Of a DNA stretch of 64,000 nt, positions 39,801 to 52,217 are shown one piece after another (position 1 is the first letter of the stretch; every line of letters starts with the position of its first letter). Position numbers and translations under genes: made by a program. Source of the DNA: Eledone cirrhosa (taxonomy: Eukaryota); NCBI GenBank assembly GCA_964016885.1, contig OZ024750.1:10044001-10108000 (forward strand). Direction: 5' to 3'. A model generated the notes under the pieces. It made no database searches. It worked only from the letters and a program-made list of their open reading frames with translations, and was not told the origin of the DNA.

Positions 39801-42800
39801 AAAGAAACAAATGGGGAGGGGAAAATCAATAACTGAAATATTCACTTATATATTGTGACAGTAATGTTGTCATGTCGATTAGTAACAGTGTAACTTTATT
39901 GCTGTTCTATATTGTATTTAAATTAAACCAAATTTACTTTGAAATAAACTATTAAATAAGTTTTACCACACACAAAGTCATTGACAGAAAGGTGAGAGGA
40001 ATTTAGAATTGCATTTCTACAAATGAGTTATTTAAATACACATAATATCAGGACATGTAATTTAATTATGTGTTTAATATCACACATTAAATATTAATTT
40101 GTAATTTCAGAAAATTCATTTCACCCTTCTTTCAATGCTCACCTAATCTAACAGGATTTCAGAATTCTATCATTTATCAAAAGGAAGGCATCCCCCATCA
40201 TATTACATAGTGACTAGACTATATCAAAAATTTCAGTGGAACCTATTTTGTGGTCAAAGGTCATTAGTGACAAGCAGTTTCCATATCAATATTAGCCCAT
40301 TTATTAAATATACCAATATAACCCTTATCCTGCAGAGAATTTACAGATAAGGATATCTAAAAATATTAACAAAAACAAGATATTTTTTTCCATAAGATTT
40401 AACTTTCAAAAAATGTCTAAATTTAATAAGAGTGCTTTTGGATAAATTTTGTAATATAAACTAACTTCATCTTAATTTAGAGGGCAATCTTAAAATCCAA
40501 GCTGACCAATATTGAATTATTCTCAACTTTATAGCAGAACAAATACAAAAATCCCCATTAATGATACTTAAATTCCAACAAATTTTGAGGTAAGATTCCA
40601 AACTACTTGTTTACACTATCAGGAGCTAACAATGGTTGTTAATTCCACTCAAAACAAACTAGTTTGAAAATCAGCAGGATAAGGGTTAATGCCTTCCTGT
40701 AGGATGCTTTAGGGTAACTGATATGGTCAGGAGCTAAAAAACAAACCTACCTGGTGCTATTTGAATTTTACAACTCGTTTCTGCTTGTAACCTTGATATC
40801 TGTTCACCACCTTTTCCTATAACTAAAAAAAGGACATGGAATGGTTTTAAGAATAATTCTACCTTTCTCTATTAATTTCTAAGTGTAAAAACAACTATAC
40901 AAAGTATAATTTTTATTAAACTACTAGAAAGATAGTAATCAATTAAGGATGAGTTGGAGTAAAATGAAATTTTGGCAAATGGCCATATAATGCAAAGGTT
41001 ATATACCTCAAGATAAAAAATAGACAACTTTATTTTTTTAAAGGAAATAGCCTGGCGAAATAAAATTTTGACTTAAACCTCAAATCCTTTCACACGAAAA
41101 GCAATTTCAGAAACAAAGAAATGAATAAGAAAAATAATTTTAGTTTAAGCAGAATAGAAAGCTTGAGAGAAATAGAACTCCATAATTGAAAACAAAAGAC
41201 AGGAGAATAAAACAAATAACGGATATGAATACTATATGGCAGAAGAGTGTTACAAAATCATCATATAAGATATATATTCAAATTTACTCAAGCAGAACTT
41301 ACAATAAGAATGAGTATAATACTGGATTATATAGTGATCAAATGAATAAGGAAAAAAATAAACCCTCTCATTTCTAAAGAATGAGTTAAAATATGAAACT
41401 TGCATTTGTATAAATATAATATTTTCTACAAAAAGAAGAAAAAAAATTAAACAGTTTCTAAAATATATTTTTATTTCAATGAACTGCATTCTGTATTGTG
41501 TCAAATCAGTGCTTTAGTTCCGAGTTGAGAATATATTTTATTTTAAAATGGACTTCAGAAAAAAATAGAAATATAATTGCTCTCTTAGAATATCCATATA
41601 ATAAAATTAGTCTCATGCATGTAATCCAAAGATAAATCAATTTTCAAATATATATAAACCATCTTCACGAGAGAAGATTAAGGATCTTGTAATACTTCAC
41701 TATAATCTAAATAAGCTATTCTATGAAGACAAAGTTTACTGACATGTTGAAAATCTGAGAAGTTGTCTTGTGTGAGGACTTTTACAGCCATGTTTTAAAT
41801 TTTGATGTTTATACACATGAATATGCAACAGGTTAACATCAAGAACTTTAAAAGTTTTTGTCTGGCAATTGAAATAGTTGGAATATGATAAACCCCCACC
41901 CCACCAAAAGAAACTGTAAATCCAGAAACATGCATATTTTCAAAATACACATCTTGGTGACAGCACTTTATTTAAAGAGTTCAAATACTCAACTATAGAA
42001 ACAGATCCAACAATGAAATGCAGCAATGTTTCTATATACATAGGAGCAGCATAATATATGAGTCGGGTTAATGATAGAGATAGAAGAGAAACAAGAGTAA
42101 AGTAAATAATACTTAGGAAATCAGTTATAAAAATGTTCAATTTACAACAAATTGCTTTAAAAATCATTAATTAAACATCCATATCTTTTTTGCATTGGTG
42201 CAAATTGTGGAGATCAGTGAATCCTTAGCTTACATCCACCTCATGACGCCCATTCATTCAGTATATGTAGTCTATTAGCATTATATATATTTTCCAGGAA
42301 GATCACTTGGTTTGCAATGTTAGGATACATGGGTTTTTAACATTATTGTAAATCATTTTGTTTTAAGTATATACTATACATACAACAGACCACATTCATC
42401 TATTCTAGTTATTTTATAACAGTTTTGACTTAATACAAATTCAGCAATTGGAAGTAAATTTTAACACCCTAATCTAACTGGGAGGGCCTACCACAAAACT
42501 TTAAGCTCTACTTCACTAATTATATTAACTTGTGTAACAACAGAACTTCGCTCTTCAATGTTGGTATCTTGACTATTGTTATTATATCAGTGAAATTCCC
42601 TGTAATAACCAGAATCTCAAACTTGTACATCCATTGTCTACATTGTCAATACAACACTGCCTATATTTTATAATCTGATCATGGCAGATTAATTAGGGCT
42701 TTTAAAATTTCTGTCTATCTTCACAATCTGATGCTTTGATACAGCCTTCACACATACATATATACATTACAGTTTAGTGGGGTTAAACTCCATGACAGAT

Positions 42801-45800
42801 TAAGCCCTAATACCCAAGCAAGCCGTAGTAAGATTCAAAATCAAAATGTTAAAAGTCAGAACAAATACCCCAAGACACTAATATTTCCAGCAATGGCTGG
42901 TGGTTTATTTGATCAACCCTAGAAGGATAAATGTCAAGGCTGACTCTGGTAGGGTTTGAACTCAATGTGCAGAAAACCAGAACAAGGACAGTAAATTCAT
43001 TGCCTTTTAAGCCCATTATATAGTTCCCAAGTTGATTCAATCCATCTAGTAAAGAACTTGTTTGAAACAGTCTCAAGAACTTGAGATAGGAAGATGCCAA
43101 TGCAGTCCCTTCTCAAGAATGGGAGGAACCCTACTGCTCCCAACATTTTTTTCATACCCATGTCTAATCAGAAATATAAAATATAACCTGCTACAAAGAT
43201 TTATCCTAACTTTTGCAAGTTCTGTTCTTGTGCATCACTTTTGTCCATGAGGTCAGTAGTGCTACTACTAACACCTGATTCCAAACAACTTTAATGCAAT
43301 TTGAAAAATAAATTGCAGAGATGTCATTCATTAAAAAAAAGTCTATGATTTGAGGTTTAATAAGATTGAAACATGTTTCATATTTGCAGAAAATATATTA
43401 ATTGTAAGTGAATATGTTGTTGCTTTATTAGATATCAAGTTACCCTGAATTCCAGCAACTGCCCACCCCAACCAGTTGGCTCTCTTATCTTTCTTGTAAC
43501 ATTACCCCTCCCCCATTAATCACTGAATATAATTTGACATCCTGTCAAACCTATGTATTACATTTATAAATATTCCCATTCTAGTAAAAACTAATTATGA
43601 TTAAGCTCAGCATATTTGTTTTTGCCCCATTTTTTTATGCTTTGTATCCATTAATGAACTATATTACAGTAGACAAAGCTACATTCATGATGAAGAGCTA
43701 GTCACTTTCTTAACAAATTATCTTAAAACTTTTCTGTTAAACTCAAAACGTGATTAATACTTAACAGGTAAAATATTTTTACTCATCTCTATTAACTGCA
43801 TTCCTACACAACAGCAACTGCATTGCAAATACCATATCACAATCATTTTTAATAGTTATTTTGTCCAAATTTCTGTCATGAAAAATTATCAGTATCATAA
43901 ACTTGTGCCAACTAATGTCCCCACCACAACATTTTAACTGCTGTACCCTCCATCCTTCATGTGTTGTATACGGTAATATAATTGGATTTTCAACTGAACT
44001 TTTTAATTCAAACTATGGAAGTAAAGTGTTCCAAATCTGCAGTCAATCGACAACACAGGCAATTAAATAACCCAGTAGTTTAAATAGAGGGTTTTAGTTC
44101 AAAATTATTTAGTCCAAAATGAAGACAGTACACATAAATCAGTTTTATTATACTACATTAAAAATGTACTAGTCATAGCTTTTCTTTAGTTTCATCACAT
44201 TCACAAGTCATATGGACAATAGAAAAACATGGTTAAATAGTTTTGACAATAAGGAAAAGCATATCGAGTCCTTGGCGTAAGTCATAAAAATCAAGAATGA
44301 AGGTTGCTGGTTTCATTCTTTTCATGAGATATTTTGTTTAAATCCAAGCAATGTATTTCTTCTTTGTTCAGCAAGTGGATCAGTGGTACAATTGCTAAAT
44401 CAATTCCATGCATGATTTTTTTTAAATGTATCAACTAATTTAATTGATAATTAAATATTTTCATATTGCTTTCAGATTTTTATTTTGACAACAAAACATT
44501 TAACAAAATTTCAAGAAAAATTCAATACTTGGCAGTTTGAAAGATGCTAAATTGCACAATAGTCAAACACTTCTCTTTTGTAAATTTAACCCCATTAGAA
44601 ATATTTCAAAAGGTTTTGCTGCTAAACTGCAGTATTTGTAATTATAAGTGAGCGTATATTTCTTCAAAACCGAAATTACTTGATTTAATTAGCTAAGAAT
44701 ACATAATGTATCTTCACGGAAGTGTGGCTTGGAAGACTGTATTAGTTGTGGAATACACTATTATAAGCAACACAAAAGGCCTGCTTGTTTTTAATCAGTT
44801 GTATTAGCTTATTTTCTAGGGAATCATTGTAGTAGTCAAATCTGATAGTATGGCTTTTAAAATAATTGCATGAACAAATTTTTTAAGCACAGAGCATCAC
44901 CTAATCATCTGCTTTTTCTTTGAACACCATTTTTAGAAATGCCTAAACAGTGTCAAGTCAATGTGGATTACTGTTATTTGTTGCCTCACAGCGGTGGATT
45001 GGCAGTATCGGTAGAAGGTCGGACACCATGCTTTCCAGCGTAGAGTTATGTCCCTTTGCGCACTGAGTTCAAATTCCGCCGGTCTTTCAGGGCTGATAAA
45101 ATAAAGCACCAGTAATGCACTGGGATAATTGCTGGCCTTGTGCCAAAAGTAGAAACAATTATTTGTTGGCTCACTGACTATACAAATGTTTTGATGTTAT
45201 ATTTTCTATTAAATATATATTTTTGTGCACCTCCTCATAAACACTCCTCAAATCATTTTTCAAGTTTCATTTTGAAATCAATCTCAAAATAATTACAAAT
45301 ACTGTAGTCAGGTATGTGTAATGAAACAATATTATATATGGAAGAATTGTCTCAATCTCTTTAGCTTTGTCTTATCATGGCTAACATCTGCATATGATGT
45401 AATGCAAATTATTTAAATTGATTTTTTTTTTTTTTTTGAAACACCACACCATCTCTATAAAACTGAAATATAAAAATGTTGACTACATGGTAAAAAAGAA
45501 AACCATGATACACACAATTTAAATCATCATTTACATTTAGCAAGATTATCTGTGCAGGACGTCAGGATTGTTAGTTGCAGCAAACAGAAAAAGAAAGGTA
45601 GGAAGGAAAGAAAAAAAGATTATTCATAAAGACAAAACGAAATTATGAAATTAGTGTTCACAAATTCAAAGAGATAATTCTGATTCAAAATAAAATTGGA
45701 TTTAATGTTAACTTCATTCTAAGCATTCTTTTAAAACGTTAACACCTTAATGTGCACAGAACTGAGAAACCTGCAGCAGTTTGTCTTGAATCAAACATGA

Positions 45801-48793
45801 TCCAATTAAAAATTAATTCACTGAAAAACAAGACTTTTTTTTTTAAAAAGCATTCTAACAATCTCAATGTTTTTTTTTTCTTCTTTTCTTTTTAAATAAA
45901 ATAAAAGAACTTTAAATGTACTTACTCAATCCAACAAGTTTATCAGGCACTTTATATTCTTCGGAAGCAACCATTTCCATGGATGAATGTGGGCCTGGGC
46001 TTGTGACAGGAGAGGATTTTTGCAAATTTGGATTAGAAACACCTAACTGTTGGTTAATACGAGCAGCTGCTTCCTGTGCTGCCTGAGCTGCTTGTGTTGC
46101 TTGATTAGATCTGGAAGACAAACAAAAATATTCAGTCACACAACAAAGATTAAAACAAAAGGTAATAATGGCGATAAAAGAACTTACACCGAGTTCAAAC
46201 AATTGTTTTGTCTATGTAAGGCACATGATTTTGCTGGCCTCAGTATTAACCGATAATAGACACCAAGTGGTTAAGAGTATGCAAAAATAAATTCAATTAT
46301 TCCAATAAATATACATGGTCAAAAAATTTCAATATTAGCTTTTCTAATAGTAATAATAATAAACAAATGAAAAACCCATCTTACCTTTGTTGTTCAGCCA
46401 TGGCACGTAACTGAGCACCAATTGCTGCAAGCAGAAAAGGAACAGATGAAGTTTTAAAATATATTAAACAACTGTAATATTTATATAAAGGAATTCATCA
46501 GTCCACTAAGGTTTAGCATTGTTTACACCACCTGCCTTAAAAATGTTTTAATTCTCAGTAAATATTTTCATTGCTTTGCTTTGCTTACAGAATAAATATA
46601 TTTTAAACACTAAGAACTTAAGAACCAAACCAACAATACCTATATAATTTTCAAATTTTCAAAACATAAAAAATAAAACCTGCATGGTTCACAGTCAAGT
46701 GGTATTAATTATAATAAATATGAATTAAAAAATATAAGTGCCAAAATTTGAAATTACACAAATTTGCAGCCCCACTATCCTATTCCACAAATAGGTATAT
46801 TAAAAATGTTTCAAATAATCAATAAAACTGCTCCATAAAATCCTCACTGAAGTTAGACTGTCATTCTGAATTTCACAGACAACAGAAACATTCTCATGAA
46901 AATACAAAGCATAACCAACAAACACTAAAGTTGTGGCAGCATTTTCAGTAGAGCAACAATGAAACAGCTTAGTAACAAGTTACTGCAATTGGTATTAAAA
47001 CTGGAAATAATGAAGATGTTATCTAATAAGTAGTGCAGTTTATGACTGAACATTGAAAGTTGTAAAAACATTTCATCAACAAGAAAAGCTTTCTAAGTTG
47101 CAAGTGTCAGAAGCAAAAAACAAAAACAACTGATTGTTGATAGAGCAATTGAAATAATTGCTATAAAGGTCTAAACAGTTGGAGAGAGGAGAAACAGGCA
47201 TGCCTGGTCCCGTGAGTAAAAAGGAGAAACGAGAAGTGATAGTAATGAAATTAATCATTAAATAATTAATTCTATGCATTAAGATAGAAATAAAATTTAA
47301 AATATAAAATATTTTAAATAGTGCAACTAAATTAATGGGCAAAAATTGTGTACAAATGTGAAACAAACCAGCCTATTTTAAAATTTCTTAGTAAGTATTA
47401 GACTGAAATATTAAATATTTCTCTAAAACCACGTGTCCTCAAGTGTAAAATATGTAATAAAGAAAAAATAGTTGAAAATTTAATAACTGAAAACAGTATC
47501 AGAAAAACCTGCAAATAAAAATAGAATTAAAGCAGTAACACTTCAAAAATAAAAGTCATGAATTATTCTGGTTTAAAAGACATGCACATTCTGTAGGGGA
47601 AAGGGAGGGTGCAGCTTTTGAAAAAAAACCTTAACATAAAACTACAATGTCTGATGGTCCACAACACCACAAAATGATTAACTAAATTTACTCAAAAATA
47701 AACCTATGCAATAATACTTAGTGGCTGATGAAAAATGTAATGAAATAACTACTGTGCAACTAATAACTTACGATCATTTATTGCAGCAGGTGTCTTCTTT
47801 ACATCTGGTTCACCTGAAAAAAAATTTTTGAAAGCAATATAATCAATTGCCTTTCAAGTAATAATTTCTTTTTTTTTTAAAAATCACGTAGACATAAGAA
47901 TTAATTTTAATCTAATAGATGTCACTAAGGATTTATGTAAAGTTTAATTTGAGATTAAAGAAAAATATTTTTAAATAATTGACCTATCTTAAAGTTTAGG
48001 AAACGAAGCTAATGGTTTAACCTAATTATGGACCACAGCAACAGTTTTCATCTAAATTCTATTCATCTATTTAGAATACCGAACTCCATTCAAGACATTT
48101 TATTGTCCTTATTTCCATGGTGGCATGGGTTGGACAAGTCCTTGGGAAAATTCAGTAGGAAATGAGTTTTTTCTACATTGTTGCTTGCTTATCCCTATGC
48201 TATTTCTGGAATAAGTGACCCTAGGAATTGTTCCCCCATGATCCTTCTTAAAAAGTAATGTATTTGAGAGGGGGGGGGGGGGGGGGGGTTGAGTCCAGTA
48301 TTTGACTGATGCTTTATAGACCCCAAAATTTAAAGTACAAGTTGGAATAAATGCTGCAAGGCATATCAAACAACTTAACGACTTAATGCCTTATTTTTGT
48401 TTATATATAACAAAAAATACCCATAATGTTCCTTTAAATTGTGACTGAAGGTAAATAGAATGTCTCAATATCCAACAGTGTAGTTGGAATGGAATATTCA
48501 AGAATTGTAGATATAACGATATAGCTTTCTGTAGGAGAGAGCTTAATGTTGGCAAGAACCAGCCATGCGGGTCCCACACATTAACATAAAAGTGAGCTTA
48601 ATGTTGACACCAACCAACCAACCAATAACATCATTGGTTTTATTACCAACATTATTTTCCTGAATACACAAATTCACATATTCTGCAACCATCCAGAAAT
48701 GTAAAATGATAGGGAATATTAGCAGATTTAGAGCACACATTTTACACATAGATGTAATATGATCACTGCACATCCAGAATCTTAGAAATATAA

Positions 48794-48824
<31 letters not shown>

Positions 48825-49507
48825 ATGAAGGTAGTTGAATTAGCAGAGTCAAAGCATTGGATATTTGTTCTGGGTTCCTGCATTCAGAATTCAAATCATG
48901 CCGAAGTCCACTTTGACTTTCATCCTTTCAGTGTTAGTGCACCCCCATCTCCTTCAGACAGTCATATATTTTGGATGTTCTATTGGATCAAAAGAGGGCG
49001 AGTCAAGGGGGTGTCTGTCAGTTCACGGCTGTGTGAGCACCTAAAACCCATAGCATGTCATAACTGGGATATGGAAATGGTTGACTTGGTACCCCAGCAG
49101 GAGTTACAGACGCCTAGTTTTTATTAGGTCATCATTATAGAAGGAAAACTAATGTAAAACCTGCAACTTGATGGCAGCCAATGATGTTGACTTGTTCTTC
49201 TTTTTGGATACTTGTCACCATTGTTCATGGAGTGGGATTGGTCCAGTGTTAAGGCCATTTTTCACTTAAAAATGCTTCAAGAACAGGTATCAAAATGACT
49301 TTCACGTGTGTTGTGTGAACATGGCCATTTCCATTTTCATTTGCTAGTGTATGCAGAAAGGAATCTACGTCCTTGGTAGGGATAAGAAGTCATGTTCATG
49401 CCACCCATGTATGAGAAAAAGGTCAAGGAATGGCAATTCTCAAAACTGAGATGCAACCGTTATACACATTCTCCAGACTGTTTACACCTTACAAGCATAT
49501 ATATATC

Positions 49508-49564
<57 letters not shown>

Positions 49565-51806
49565 TTCAAACAAAATTTCATATGGAATTGACAACCTCTC
49601 TAGTGTTGGTGCCATGAAAGTCTACTCAGTACACTCTGCTAAGTGGTTGGTATTAGGAAAAGCATCCAGCCAAAGAAATCATACGAAAATATGGAACATA
49701 TGAGGAATACAAGGTTCTCAGACTGTGATGACCCATCAAATTAACAAGTAGCAGGCACATATATCCATAACGTAATTCTCAGGGAGATTCAACTTACAGA
49801 AGTTGGGATTCACCAGGGGCTGTGTCAAAGACACTTAGCCAAAACATGCAGCAGCATAGTATCTAGAACTTCATTATTGTGAAACAAGTTTTGTAATTAT
49901 TTGATCTATATAGTTTTTACATTCACATTTCACATGCAAGCATGAGGTGGACAAGTATAGACTCTTCTAGAAATATATACATATGACCGGCTTCCAGACA
50001 AATTTCACCTACAAAGCACTGGCCAGTCAGGGGTTATATAACAGAAGTGACCTGCCCTTAACCACACACAACACAATGATCAATGATACCTGATGTTGCT
50101 TAGGTGCAGAATTTCAAGTTTGTGAGTAGTTCTTTACAATCTCATCAATTACTGATATACTTTGTCTACTTAACAACCGTTCTACCATGCAGGCATTGGT
50201 TGAGCAGATTAAATCTTTTCTTAATTGGAGTTCCTGACCTCTCAAGACGAGATGAGGACCACACTTTGCTTATATTGCAGTTTTGGCCAGATTTCAACAA
50301 CTAGATGCCTTTCCTAATACCAACGACTTTACATAACAGCATAGGCAAGAGAGGACTCTTCAGAGAATTCAACAATACTGATGCTACAATAAAATATTCC
50401 CAGTAGACTAAATGTCAGAGTGTACCAAGAACAATTTAGTGGCACCAACACAGTAGGCTGCCTTGTTCCAAAGACAACATGCTTGACTACATAAAAGGAT
50501 GGTGCATTAGATAGGACAAGTGTACAAGGATAAAACGGTGATATCAATGGAAAGGGGGAAATGTAATGTATGTGCATGTTAGGTTGAAGAGTGAAAACCC
50601 AAAAGATAGAAAACTCAGTGCAGAGAAATTAGAGAGAGATATTGAACTTCATACAGATACATATATTCAGACATATAGACATACAAACATTACATATATA
50701 CATACACACACACACACACACAAAAACATATATACTAAAGTACTACAGCCAATTGAGTATGACTATGTAATATGTATCATGCTCTTGCTAAGGATTTTAG
50801 GTACACATGCAGATGTGAAGAGACACAGACACCATGTCAACCCTCACTCCTTAGGATCCAGAACATCCAGGATGTAACAGCTGGGATGAGAGGGAACACC
50901 AACACTGGGCTCCTTGCTTTCTTTATTGACCAAGAAAGGATAAATGGCAAAGTGGACAAATATGCAATGCTTTAACATCCACACAGATATAGAGTTTAGG
51001 TACAGATATGACTGCAAGGTTAGGAAATGTTTCAGGACCACGTGGCTTCAGTCACTATAGCCCTCAGCTGATTCTTTGCAAAAGAATTTAGTTGACGGAA
51101 ACTAAGGAACTCCCTTGTATACACAATTGTGTGTATGCATGCCTGTTATCATGAACATCATAACTTCATGCGCAAATAGTTTGACGTCAGGAAAGGCATC
51201 CATCCAGCAGTAGAATACCCTCCCAATCTCATACATTGCATATGGAAAAATAAACATAAAAATCCTTTTAGGTCCGTTTTCTTTGATGGTAAGAAGACAC
51301 GCACACCACCACCACCAATCAGATCTTTTGGCAGTACCACATATATTATCCAATTTATTGGTTTTCATTGGAAAGGTTATAAAATACTGCACCAAAAACC
51401 TGATTTAACCCATGCTAGCATGGAGAAAGATACAAAAATGGCATCTGCATGCTGTCTACACACTTGATTTCTGAATATTAATAGATATACTCTGCCTCTT
51501 AATCATCATGAGGGCATTCTGCCAGCATGAGTTTAATGTCCAACTTCCACGCTAGTAATATATATATATATATATATACACACACACTATAAAAAAGAAT
51601 ATAAGATAGTGAGGGACTCCTTAATCTTGCCACAAAGACGGATGTGTGTGCCAGAGGATAAAAAAACTGCAAGAAATGGCGAGACACTCTATGACATCCC
51701 CAACCACTGCCAGCAGATTACAAAAATCCTAATGACAGGCAGCATACAGAGTAGCATTTACATACATCTTCCCACAGAAAACTATATTGTTCCATGTTGG
51801 AACATC

Positions 51807-51837
<31 letters not shown>

Positions 51838-52183
51838 TATGGAGGCACATGGCTTAGTGGTTAGAGCATTGTCCTTGCAATCGAAAGGTTGTGAGTTCAA
51901 TTCTCAGACCGGGTGATGTGTTGTTTCCTTGAGCAAGACACTTTATTTCACATTGCTCCAGTTTACTCAGCTGTAGAAATGAGATGATAGGGACTGGGGT
52001 CCATATCATTCCACTGCAAAGTGGTCGTGTAGGTGCCACGGAAAAAAAGCACCCAGCACTCACTGTAAATGAGGTTGGTGTTAGGAAGGGCATCCAGCTG
52101 TAGAAATCAAGCCAGCATCAGTTCCTGTCCCACCCTTGCAAGCAGGGAAAAAGTGGACGTAAAATGAAATGATGATGATGAAA

Positions 52184-52217
<34 letters not shown>

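Noticed and set aside
39847-39906. Possible alternative coding exon for KH1
   Set aside because: It is open only in a frame incompatible with the exon 6 phase and shows no KH similarity. The true next exon is at 34919-34976.
51840-51915. tRNA gene at SINE heads (also 3032 and 7641)
   Set aside because: A and B boxes are present but there is no complete cloverleaf or acceptor stem, and the sequence continues into a multicopy SINE body.
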